A program made the position numbers and the translations under genes. The notes beneath the pieces were generated by a model. That model searched no databases, was not told where the DNA came from, and saw only the letters and a program-made list of their open reading frames with translations. From Candidatus Latescibacterota bacterium (GTDB taxonomy: Bacteria; Latescibacterota; UBA2968; UBA8231): DNA of 64,000 bases. Location: assembly GCA_965217585.1 (NCBI GenBank), contig OZ244561.1, positions 384,001 through 448,000 on the forward strand, in the 5' to 3' direction. Positions 1-8,657 of this stretch are shown piece by piece; the first letter of the stretch is position 1; each line of letters begins with the position of its first letter.

Positions 1-521
1 ACCGCATCGTGAGCGAATGGGGCCGCCTCGATATTCTGGTCAACAACGCCGGCGGCGGCTTGCGCCCACCGGGCGAACCCTCGGAAGAAGAGTATTTCCG
101 CTTCACCATGGAAATCAACCTGATGAGCGCAGTTCACTGTTGCCTAGCGGCAAAAGAGCCTATGCAGCGTCAGCAAAGCGGCAAAATCATCAATATCTCT
201 TCGTTGGCCGGGTTGCGGGGCACCGAGGGGGGGCCGCCGTACAGCATCGCCAAGGCCGGGGTCGCTCACTATACCAAGGTCTTGGCCAAGGAGTTGGGGC
301 CTTATGGCATCAATGTCAACTGCATCGCACCCGGCTACATCCTCAGTTCGCGCAAAATCGCCGAGGGCATGGGCGCGGGGGAGGGCGCGGCCGACCACAT
401 TCCCCTCGGTCGGTTCGGCAAGCCAGAGGACTGCGCCAAGGTCGTGGAATTCTTGGCGACCGACCTCTCGGATTACGTGACCGGCCAGTGCATTTCCGTC
501 TGCGGCGGGGTCGCGATCTGA
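1..521 (+). CDS. SDR family oxidoreductase (5' truncated by window edge)
   Basis: Motifs GRLDILVNNAG, catalytic YSIAK, INVNCIAPG and IPLGRFG. The TGxxxGxG motif is absent because the frame is open past the left edge. Confidence 0.9.
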   Translation, partial: RIVSEWGRLDILVNNAGGGLRPPGEPSEEEYFRFTMEINLMSAVHCCLAAKEPMQRQQSGKIINISSLAGLRGTEGGPPYSIAKAGVAHYTKVLAKELGPYGINVNCIAPGYILSSRKIAEGMGAGEGAADHIPLGRFGKPEDCAKVVEFLATDLSDYVTGQCISVCGGVAI

Positions 522-534
522 CGCGGGGCCGCAG

Positions 535-1704
535 CTATCCCTGCCCGGCCTGAAGACGTTCTTTAACCTCGTCAAAGAACGTCTTAAAGGAGCCTGTGGC
601 GGCGTGTTCCCAACGATCGAAGGTCGCTTGCAACGCTTCTAGCCAACGCTCTTTGGGCAGGCTTTGCACCGCTAAGCAAACGTAATAGGCATCGGTCAAC
701 GCCAAACCCCGCCGTCCATCCACGAGGGCTTGCTCCATGCGCTCGACCCATGAAGCCATCGCAGGCAAGGCTTCGACGCACTTTGCCTTGTGCAGGACAA
801 AGTTGGCCAAGTGCTTGACCATGCTCCGGCTAACGTCGTGCCGCTTGGCTGTGCCGGATACGTCGCTAAGGTCCAGCTCTCCCTTGCGATACAATTCCAA
901 CAACTGCTGGGTGAGCGTGCGTTGCTTCGCAGCAAGGGTCGATTGCCGGGCGCTGCGCAAGCCGCTGGTGAGGGCCGACATCTCGTGGCAGCAATTGAGC
1001 CAGCGCGTGCCTTTGGCGACCACGCGGCGCATGGACGGGCCCGGGCCGACGGCCGTGCCCATGGCCTTGCCGCTGGCGGCGCAGGCCGCACCCACGCGGC
1101 TGAAGGCCGCCAGCACGCGGTCGTGGTCTATGTGGGGGACGCCGGCGCGCTCGACTCCGTAGCTGTGCGCCAAGTCGCTCGGCCCCACGAAGAGCAAGTC
1201 GATGCCGTCCACCGCGGCAATCGCTTCCACCTCCTCCACGCCCTCGGCGTCTTCGATCATCACGCCGAGCAGGGTCTCGGCATCGGCCCCTTCCAAGTAC
1301 TCGGCGGGGTCCAGCGTACCGTAGTCCGAATCCCGGCCACAGCCCATGCCGCGCAAGCCCAGCGGCCGAAACTTGGCCATCTGCACAAAGGCCCGCGCTT
1401 CGTCCGCGCTCTTGCAATGGGGCCAAACCAACCCCCCGGCCCCTAACTCCAGCGGCTTGATCACTTGATTATACGGCCCCTGGGGGATGCGGACCACCGA
1501 ATCAACCCCCGTGGCCCGCGCCGCCAAGATCAGATGCGAAAGCGCATCCAGCCCCAGATGGGAATGCTCCATGTCGATCCAGACGCAGCCAAAGCCCGCT
1601 TGGGCCGCAAGCTCGACTACCACTGGGTCGAAAATCCGGTTGATTTCGACTACTTCTATAGTCGCCCCCCCGAGCAGGGCGGCCTTGGTCTGGTTGATTT
1701 TCAC
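535..1704 (-). CDS. HpcH/HpaI aldolase family protein with an extra ~130-aa C-terminal helical extension
   Basis: Motifs WIDMEHS, VMIED and LFVGPSDL. The GTG start overlaps the LLM stop (GTGA at 1701-1704). Confidence 0.85.
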   Translation of the reverse strand: MKINQTKAALLGGATIEVVEINRIFDPVVVELAAQAGFGCVWIDMEHSHLGLDALSHLILAARATGVDSVVRIPQGPYNQVIKPLELGAGGLVWPHCKSADEARAFVQMAKFRPLGLRGMGCGRDSDYGTLDPAEYLEGADAETLLGVMIEDAEGVEEVEAIAAVDGIDLLFVGPSDLAHSYGVERAGVPHIDHDRVLAAFSRVGAACAASGKAMGTAVGPGPSMRRVVAKGTRWLNCCHEMSALTSGLRSARQSTLAAKQRTLTQQLLELYRKGELDLSDVSGTAKRHDVSRSMVKHLANFVLHKAKCVEALPAMASWVERMEQALVDGRRGLALTDAYYVCLAVQSLPKERWLEALQATFDRWEHAATGSFKTFFDEVKERLQAGQG

Positions 1705-2852
1705 AATGCCTCCTCAAATTGTGGCAACACGTCGCGGCCAAACCACTCGATGGTTTGCCGGATCGCCGCCGGTGGGATGCCCAGCGCCCCGGCACCAATC
1801 GTCACGCGCTCCAAGCCGGGCAATTGCGCTTGGATTTCAGCGAGCCGCGTGGCCACGTGTTCGGGCGGCCCGCAGAGCCAAGCGCCAGCGCGCACCAAGT
1901 CGCGCACCGTCGGCAAGCCGGCCTGCGCCGCCGCCGCCCCGTCGTACGTGGCCGCGATTTGCGCCTCAGTCAGCGTCGGCATCCGGCCCAAGGGGGCCAG
2001 TACCTTGAGCTGTTCCTCAAACCAAACCCCAGCCTCGCGAATGGCCTGCTCTTGGGTGTCGGCTAGGTGAACTTGCAGCACCAGAGCTAACCCTGTCCCC
2101 AACTCGGCGTCGCGGCCCGCATTAGCCAGCCCATCGCGCCAGCGCTCGGCGATTTCCACCGCTCTCCCACCGCCGGGCACCACGCCCTTGATCCCGTGCT
2201 TAATCATAAACGCAATGCCGCGCGGGTTGGCGCTGAAGATCGGCTGCCAGCACTCGACCGGCCGGTTGCGCGGCCGCGGTACTAGGGTGATTTCCTCAAG
2301 CGTACCTCGGCGATGCACGACCTTAGCCGGCAACTCGTAGTGAGAGCCGCAATGGGCAAACGACGGCTCGTTCCACGCCTTGAAGAGGATCTCGACTTGC
2401 TCCTCAAAGAGCGCGCGGTTGGCCGGATCGCCTTCGAGCGGCGCGCCCAAAGTGGCCAGCTCGCGACCGATGTAGCCACGACCAATGCCAAAGCGGAAGC
2501 GGCCCTCGGTGAGGATATCGGCGAGGGCAAAGTCCTCGGCCAGCCGCAGCGGGTGCCAAGTCGGCACGGTGTTGAACATGCTGCCCAAGCAGAGCCGTTG
2601 CGTGTGCTGGGCCAAATAGACGGCCAGCATCGGGATATTGGGGATGCCGCCGTAGCCTTCGCGCTGGAAGTGGTGCTCTGCCAACCACAGCGTGTCGTAG
2701 CCAGCCGCGTCCATCAGTTGCGCCATGGCGCGGGCTTCGGCAAAGACCGAGGCGAGGCGCTCGTCCGCCTCGATCCGCTCATCCACCGGCCGGCCGGCAA
2801 ATCCCAGGTCGTCCATGGCGACGTGCCCGCCGTAAAAGTAGTCGAATTTCAC
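1701..2852 (-). CDS. LLM class flavin-dependent oxidoreductase (luciferase-like monooxygenase)
   Basis: Motifs WLAEHHF, HPLRLAED and GRFRFGIGRG. A GAGGAG RBS lies upstream of the GTG start. Confidence 0.9.
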   Translation of the reverse strand: MKFDYFYGGHVAMDDLGFAGRPVDERIEADERLASVFAEARAMAQLMDAAGYDTLWLAEHHFQREGYGGIPNIPMLAVYLAQHTQRLCLGSMFNTVPTWHPLRLAEDFALADILTEGRFRFGIGRGYIGRELATLGAPLEGDPANRALFEEQVEILFKAWNEPSFAHCGSHYELPAKVVHRRGTLEEITLVPRPRNRPVECWQPIFSANPRGIAFMIKHGIKGVVPGGGRAVEIAERWRDGLANAGRDAELGTGLALVLQVHLADTQEQAIREAGVWFEEQLKVLAPLGRMPTLTEAQIAATYDGAAAAQAGLPTVRDLVRAGAWLCGPPEHVATRLAEIQAQLPGLERVTIGAGALGIPPAAIRQTIEWFGRDVLPQFEEAL

Positions 2853-2948
2853 GGATTCTCCTCTCGTTTACCTACTCGCTTTCTTCGCGCGATTTTTCTA
2901 TATTGGCCCACCTGTCAACGCCCATTGTAAAACCACAGGAGACTTGTT

Positions 2949-3680
2949 ATGGCAGCAAATGGACCCGTTCCCACCGCCCGCGCCCAAGGCCGCGGCCCAA
3001 CCATCTGGCTAGCCGGCTCGCCCGACGAACTAAAGGAGTGGATGCCCCTCGGGATCACCGGAATCGTCACCAACACGGTGGTGCTCAACCTATACGCCAA
3101 ACAATACGGCACAGTCATCGGCCTGATAGAGCAATATCTCGCGCTCACCGACAAGCCCATAGTGGTGGAAATCGACGGCCATTGCGTTGAAGAGTTTCTA
3201 GAAGTCGGGCAAGTTTTCACCAACATGTCGGAGCAAATCATCCTCAAGATCCCCTGTAACGTCAACGGACTTAAGGCATTTAGCATCCTCAAGGACCAAG
3301 GCGTCGAGACCTTCTGCACCACGGTGTTTTCGCTGACGCAAGCCGTGGCCGTGGCCCAAGCCGGGGTTGACCACATCCTGCCGTTCTGCGAGCCGGTCAA
3401 GGAAGTGGGCGGCGACCCGACTCAATTGATCCGCGAGTGCGCCCAGATGTTCAGCGGCTGGGGCCAGCGACCCTTCATTATGGCCGCCCTCATCCGCTCG
3501 GTGGAGACCGCGCACGCGGCCTTCCTCGACGGGGCCGACGAGCTAGTCACCATGTGGACAGTGTACCGCGACATGATGGATCACCCGCTGACCGCCCAGT
3601 GGAACAAGACCTTTATGGACGAGTGGGTCGATATGCACCAGAGCGGCTTGTTGGAGGGAGTACCGGTCCGGTCTCATTGA
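2949..3680 (+). CDS. Transaldolase/fructose-6-phosphate aldolase family protein, divergent active site
   Basis: GIVTNT (canonical GVTTNP), IILKIP Schiff-base Lys, FSLTQA, HPLT near the C-terminus. AGGAG RBS. Confidence 0.8.
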   Translation: MAANGPVPTARAQGRGPTIWLAGSPDELKEWMPLGITGIVTNTVVLNLYAKQYGTVIGLIEQYLALTDKPIVVEIDGHCVEEFLEVGQVFTNMSEQIILKIPCNVNGLKAFSILKDQGVETFCTTVFSLTQAVAVAQAGVDHILPFCEPVKEVGGDPTQLIRECAQMFSGWGQRPFIMAALIRSVETAHAAFLDGADELVTMWTVYRDMMDHPLTAQWNKTFMDEWVDMHQSGLLEGVPVRSH

Positions 3681-3693
3681 TCGCGCCGCGCCC

Positions 3694-4479
3694 TCACCCG
3701 TGCTCGGCCGGGATCTGGCACAGCAATTCGCTCCAGGCCGCGCCCAGATCCATCACGTCCCCGCCGCAAATTACCAAGTCGCAGCCCGCGTCCATGGCGG
3801 CGGTAAGCAGCGGCCCCGGCAAGGTGAAAATGCCACTCAACTTGCCGGCGGCCCGCGCCTTGGCCAAGCACGAGAGCACGGCCTCGCGCAGACGGGGATC
3901 GCCCATCTGGCCGGTGCAGCCCATATCGACCGCTAGGTCCCCTGGGCCCATGAAGATCCCGGAGAGGCCCTCCACGGCGAGTATCGCATCGATATTCGCC
4001 ACGGCCTCCACGGTCTCAATCTGGACAAAGAGGTGGGTGCGCGCATTGGCGCGGGCTAGGGCGTCGTGCAGGTTTTCCAGCCCAAAACCCATGCCACGCG
4101 TGCGCACGTTGAAGCCGCGCCGACCCAACGGCGGGTACTTGCCCACCTCGACGATGCGGTGCGCATACTCCGCATCGTCCACCATGGGGACGAGAATGAT
4201 CCGCGCCCCAATTTCGAGCGCCCGCAGCACGTGGTGGCGCTCGCCATCGGGCAAGCGAATGAGGGGGAAAATGCCACCGGCCTCCGCGGCCAAGCACAGG
4301 GTCTCGGCCCGCTCAAAGCCAACCGGGCCGTGTTCGCTTTCGATCCACACCGCTTCAAAACCGACCTGCGCCGCCAGCGAGACGAGCAGGGGCGAGGCGC
4401 TGTTGACGGTGACGCCGCGGATCCGGCGCGGACGACCGGCCTGATCTAAGAATACATCATCGGTGATTTTTAAGGTCAT
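3694..4479 (-). CDS. HpcH/HpaI aldolase family protein
   Basis: Motifs WIESEHG, YPPLGRRG, VQIET and FMGPGDL. Start placed at ATG 4479 (MTLKIT). Confidence 0.85.
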   Translation of the reverse strand: MTLKITDDVFLDQAGRPRRIRGVTVNSASPLLVSLAAQVGFEAVWIESEHGPVGFERAETLCLAAEAGGIFPLIRLPDGERHHVLRALEIGARIILVPMVDDAEYAHRIVEVGKYPPLGRRGFNVRTRGMGFGLENLHDALARANARTHLFVQIETVEAVANIDAILAVEGLSGIFMGPGDLAVDMGCTGQMGDPRLREAVLSCLAKARAAGKLSGIFTLPGPLLTAAMDAGCDLVICGGDVMDLGAAWSELLCQIPAEHG

Positions 4480-4576
4480 GGGTGCCGTTTCTCTTGCTTG
4501 AAGTCGCTCTAATGTAGCCTTATTTTCCCCGCGTCCCAACCCTCCACCGCAGAGGCCCAAGTCCCCTCATCCCGCC

Positions 4577-4604
4577 TCTGCGCTCATCTGCGCTCATCTG
4601 CGGA
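4577..4604. repeat. Short tandem TCTGCGCTCA repeat (2 copies plus a partial), able to pair with upstream CCGCAGAG
   Basis: tctgcgctca tctgcgctca tctgcgga in the divergent intergenic region. Confidence 0.45.
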
Positions 4605-4653
4605 TACTTTTGCCACCGGGGACTTTCAGACAGCTTCCAAAGGAGGCCCTATC

Positions 4654-5358
4654 GTGATACCACTAGACTACGGACGCTCATTTCTAATCGGCAACGGCCC
4701 CGGCAACGAAGTGCGGTTCTGGGTCGAGTCGCGGACGCGCATCATCGACGAAACCTCCGGCCAGAGCGAGGACTACGTACAGGTGGGGTCGTGCAAGAGC
4801 GAACACACCTTTGCCAAAGAAAACCTCCTGCACGAGGACAACTACGACTTCCTGCCGGTCTTTGGCCCGGAGTGGTCGGTCGTCTATCGGCGTCACGCTT
4901 ACCTGCACGACGGCTATCGGGAGATCCGCCGCTCAGAGGAGTGGTGGAACGGGCAGCAGTACCGCCTGATTGTCGGGAGCGATGTGGAGGAACTGGCCAG
5001 CGATGCGGCGGTGCGCGAGGCGACCTACGAATCGGTGCCAATCGTGGCGCAGACCCAAGTGCGGAACGAAGAAACCGGGTTGCAGGCGATCATGGAATAC
5101 CCGGTCAAGACCATGAACACCAATCGCGCCAACGATATCTACCAAGTTGACACCGGCCCGGTGGCCTTCCCGGACCTGAGCCAGCGCCATGCCCGCCACG
5201 TCGATGCCCTATCCCTGGCCTTTGTCGTCTTCAATGCGCCGCACTTTGCCGACTTCGTCCTCGAAGCGCCGACCCGCGTAGGCGACGAGCAGGTATATCA
5301 CTATTCCAAGGTGGTGTCCCTAGCGGCAGTAAACAGGCTCTACGCAGTACGCGCTTAG
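4654..5358 (+). CDS. Hypothetical protein
   Basis: 234-aa ORF with a strong AAGGAGG RBS and typical codon usage. No motif recognised. Confidence 0.75.
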   Translation: MIPLDYGRSFLIGNGPGNEVRFWVESRTRIIDETSGQSEDYVQVGSCKSEHTFAKENLLHEDNYDFLPVFGPEWSVVYRRHAYLHDGYREIRRSEEWWNGQQYRLIVGSDVEELASDAAVREATYESVPIVAQTQVRNEETGLQAIMEYPVKTMNTNRANDIYQVDTGPVAFPDLSQRHARHVDALSLAFVVFNAPHFADFVLEAPTRVGDEQVYHYSKVVSLAAVNRLYAVRA

Positions 5359-5383
5359 AAGCTGTCTGGAAATTCCGGGCTTC

Positions 5384-6199
5384 TTACGCATAAGGCCAGA
5401 ACTGATTCCACGCAGTCAGCCAGTCTTCTGCGTGGCTTTCAACGGAGAGCGGCCCCGTTACCTCAACCCCGGGCCGCCCTTTGAATTCGGCGAGTTGATC
5501 GACGCTAGCGAGTTCGACGCGGATGGTCGTTGGCTGCTCAGGGACATAGGGCTTGGTCCGGGTCAGATCGGTGAGCGCGTTTTTAGCCGCGTCTTCAATC
5601 AACTGACGGGCGCGGACGGGCGGTAGCTGGCGCGCGCTAAACCGGCTGAGTCCCTTTTTAACGGCAACGGTTGGCAGCGATTCCCCGAGGAGTGCTCTGG
5701 CTTCTCGGCAGACGGCTTCATCGCCGGTGACGAGGGCAATCGGCACCCCGTAGTGCCCGTTGAGCGCGGCGTTGACGCCGGTTTCCCCGACGAGATCGTC
5801 GTTGAACCAGAGATTTCTATACTGGACGCTGGAGATGGTGTGGCACAGCACCCCGTCGGGGGTGCCGTCGCGGGCGTGCATGCCGATGAGCAGACAGGCG
5901 TCGCATCCTTGCTCCCAAAGCTCGTCGTAGCGCCCCCACCCATGATGGGCAACCCATTCGCAATCGGGATCAATTTTGTCGGGGATGAGCGAATTAAAGC
6001 TCCATCCTTTGCCCGCACCGTGACAATCGACGACGACAATTTCCGTCGCGCCAGCGGCTTTGGCCCCGCGCACCGCGGCGTTGATTTCTTCCGTGTAGAG
6101 CTGCCGGCCCTCTTCAAACATCGCCGCACCGCCGCTGACCTGCTCCCACACCACAATGCCGCTTACGCCTTCCATATCGGACATGATCAGCACGCGCAT
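5384..6199 (-). CDS. dppA: M55 family D-aminopeptidase (DppA-like)
   Basis: Motifs SDMEGVSG, VDCHG, IGMHA, LCHT, GETG and VTGD. Start placed at ATG 6199 after GAGGAG. Confidence 0.9.
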   Translation of the reverse strand: MRVLIMSDMEGVSGIVVWEQVSGGAAMFEEGRQLYTEEINAAVRGAKAAGATEIVVVDCHGAGKGWSFNSLIPDKIDPDCEWVAHHGWGRYDELWEQGCDACLLIGMHARDGTPDGVLCHTISSVQYRNLWFNDDLVGETGVNAALNGHYGVPIALVTGDEAVCREARALLGESLPTVAVKKGLSRFSARQLPPVRARQLIEDAAKNALTDLTRTKPYVPEQPTTIRVELASVDQLAEFKGRPGVEVTGPLSVESHAEDWLTAWNQFWPYA

Positions 6200-6459
6200 T
6201 ATCTCGTTCTCCTCGAATCGTTTAGACGTGGATTTCAATGATGCAACCGTCGGCGTATAAGATAGGGCTGAAACCGAAACGTCATAGCCTTTATTCGCCA
6301 TCAACGAAGCGAGTAGTGGGTCCAGTTGAATTGCACGAATCCATATAGTGTGGAAGGAAGTTTGGATAAAAATCGGGTTTGCTTATTTGGAGTTACACGT
6401 ATATCTATGAGCAACGAGTTAGCAACGCTTGCAGGGCGTAAAATTATCAAAGCCGCTAG

Positions 6460-6939
6460 ATTCCCCCATCTTCGCGCAACGCCCTCATTGACTCATCAAG
6501 AGTAGCAACAATAAAACCCCATATCCCCAACCGCTCCCTGTCTGGTCGGCTTCTTGCGCCGAGTTTCTCGGCCACCAGAGCGTCCATCGTTTCTTCTGCG
6601 CCGAGTGCTTCCAACCCATCCGATACTTCCAACCCACCCGATACTTCCAACCCACCCGATACTTCCAACCCACCCGATACTCCCAATCCACCCGATACTC
6701 CCAATCCACCCGATACTCCCAACCCACCCGATACTCCCAATCCACCCGAGCCGGTACTAACAGGCGTGCGCTTTGAGTTCTTTGGCTCGGCGGAGGGCCG
6801 CGACGGCTTCGTGCTGTTGGCACCGGAACCAGCGGATGCTCGACTCAGTGGGTCGTTCAACACCAATCCGCCTGGAGCACCCATACACTTCGATATTGAT
6901 CTTGCCAAAATTACGTATTTCCCTATGGTCTTAGTTTGA
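6460..6939 (+). pseudogene. Start-less reading frame with a Pro-rich (DT[S/P]NPP)n linker, probable gene remnant
   Basis: Frame +1 is open between the stops at 6457-6459 and 6937-6939 and reads ...SNPPDTSNPPDTPNPP...EPVLTGVRFEFFGSAEGRDGFVLL. No ATG, GTG or TTG precedes the repeat. Confidence 0.35.
6608..6749. repeat. 18-bp tandem repeat, 8 units (CTYCCAAYCCAYCCGATA)
   Basis: Eight directly abutting units: the first four begin cttcc, the last four ctccc. No spacers. Confidence 0.95.
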
Positions 6940-6986
6940 CATTTTTGCGCCGTTGGATGCGCAAAAGCCACTTATCAGGAGAACCC

Positions 6987-7510
6987 ATGAATTTGCAACC
7001 CTTTTTTCGGGCGTCGTTGGCCGCAGTGCTGCTGGCGACGCTACCTGTCTGGGCCCAACAGGGCACCATCCAAGGCACGGTGACCGATGTCCTCAAGGCG
7101 CTCGACATAGCAGCGCGGCAAGCGGCCCAGCAGGGCATCATCCGCGGCACGGTGACCGATGGCGAAGACGCCCTGCCGCGCACCAAGGTCAGTGTGTCGG
7201 CGCGCTACTCCCAAGACGAATTTAGCGTCTAGTCCGGGCCACCAACTACGGGTCGGTCGAGTACAAGCCCAACAACCCAGACCACGAAGAGACCTTCTCG
7301 GCCAAGACTTTGCTAGATGTAGATGTGTCTTACCAAGTATTATCGGGCCTACGTCTGTCGGTGGGAGCCAACAATCTGTTGAATACCTTCCCCGACGAGC
7401 ATGAAAAAGCATCCAACATCACGTCGCGCGGTTTTGTGTACAGCCGGCGGGTGATGCAGTTCGACACCAACGGCGGGTTCTACTACGGGCGCTTGAGTTT
7501 CGATCTGTAG
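6987..7510 (+). pseudogene. Collapsed TonB-dependent receptor (signal peptide and start of N-domain fused to last barrel strands, plus a frameshift)
   Basis: RBS AGGAG, signal peptide, QQGTIQGTVTD duplicated (7052-7089 and 7124-7161), then RTKVSVSARY. After a frameshift near 7230 the sequence reads VRATNYGSV...LDVDVSYQ...SVGANNLLNTFPD...GGFYYGRLSFDL, a typical TBDR C-terminus. Confidence 0.8.
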
Positions 7511-7554
7511 CCATACCCGACCTAGCATCGGCGACCGAGTCGCAAGGAGGCACC

Positions 7555-8541
7555 ATGTACAGAGTAGGAGTCATCGGCTGCAGGGGCATTGGCAATCGGC
7601 ACGCCCGAGGAGCCGAGAGTCTAGAAAACGCCGAGGTCGTGGCCGGTTGCGATCTCGTGCCGGAGCAACGCGACGAATTTGCAGCGCAATTCAAGGCGAC
7701 CAATCCCGAGCTGAAGATGTATGCCGATTATCGGGAGATGCTGGAAAAGGCACAGCTCGACATCGTCACGGTGGCCACCGGCGACAACCGGCACGCCGAC
7801 TTGGTGGTAGCCGCCGCCGAAGCTGGTGCCAAGGGGATTTTCTGCGAAAAACCGCTGGCCACCAGCGTGGAGGACGCCGACCGCATGGTGGCGGCCGCGG
7901 AACGCCACAACGCCTTGCTGTCCGTCGACCACACTCGCCACTGGTTTCCCGTCTGGCATCGCTGCCACGAACTAGCGGCCGCGGGCGAGATTGGCGACGT
8001 GAGAGCGGTCGTGTGCGAGCACTACGGCACGCGATCAATGCTGTTCCGCAACGGCACCCATCTGCTCGACGCCATCATGTGGTTCGCCGGCAGTAAACCA
8101 GCGTGGCTCGTCGCCGAGCTGGAGGATGGGTACGAAGACTACGGCGAGTATCGCGGCGACGGCGGACACGACCCAGCCACCGAGCCGAGCGCCAACGCCT
8201 ACATCCACTTCGCCAACGGTGTGCGCGGAGTCTACCTCGGAGAAAAACGGACCCCCAACCGACTCGACTTCACCGTGTCGGGCACCACGGGCACCATTTT
8301 CATAGAGAGAGAAGGCGATGCCTACCTCGAGAGGGACGGAGAGCGGGAGTTGGTCGAACCGCGCCCGTGGGAAGTTGAGGGAATCGAAGCGGGCGTGCAC
8401 GAACTCGTGCGTGCGCTCGACGGCGAAGATGAGCTGTCGTGTACCGGGCGAGATGGTCTGACCGTTGTGGAGATGATAATCGCTTGCCTGCAATCACAGC
8501 AGCAGAACAACGCAAAAGTCGCGCTGCCGCTGCCTCGGTAG
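7555..8541 (+). CDS. Gfo/Idh/MocA family oxidoreductase
   Basis: Motifs VGVIGCRGIG, CEKPLA and GTHLLD. AAGGAGG RBS. Confidence 0.92.
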   Translation: MYRVGVIGCRGIGNRHARGAESLENAEVVAGCDLVPEQRDEFAAQFKATNPELKMYADYREMLEKAQLDIVTVATGDNRHADLVVAAAEAGAKGIFCEKPLATSVEDADRMVAAAERHNALLSVDHTRHWFPVWHRCHELAAAGEIGDVRAVVCEHYGTRSMLFRNGTHLLDAIMWFAGSKPAWLVAELEDGYEDYGEYRGDGGHDPATEPSANAYIHFANGVRGVYLGEKRTPNRLDFTVSGTTGTIFIEREGDAYLERDGERELVEPRPWEVEGIEAGVHELVRALDGEDELSCTGRDGLTVVEMIIACLQSQQQNNAKVALPLPR

Positions 8542-8657
8542 GCGCTCGAGGGAGAGCGGTTTTCCGGAAGATATGGGAATAGTGCCGGAAGGACTAGCCG
8601 ATCCCATCGCACTAAACTGAACCGAACCGACACTCCACCCAACAACAGGAGTCGACC

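Noticed and set aside
6608-6749. 18-bp repeat as a CRISPR array
   Set aside because: The units abut with no unique spacers, and no cas genes are present.
6456-6971. Minus-strand 171-aa ORF with GGL(G/E)VS repeats
   Set aside because: It stays open mainly because of the repeat and has no RBS or recognisable domain. The + frame looks more protein-like, though neither is proven.
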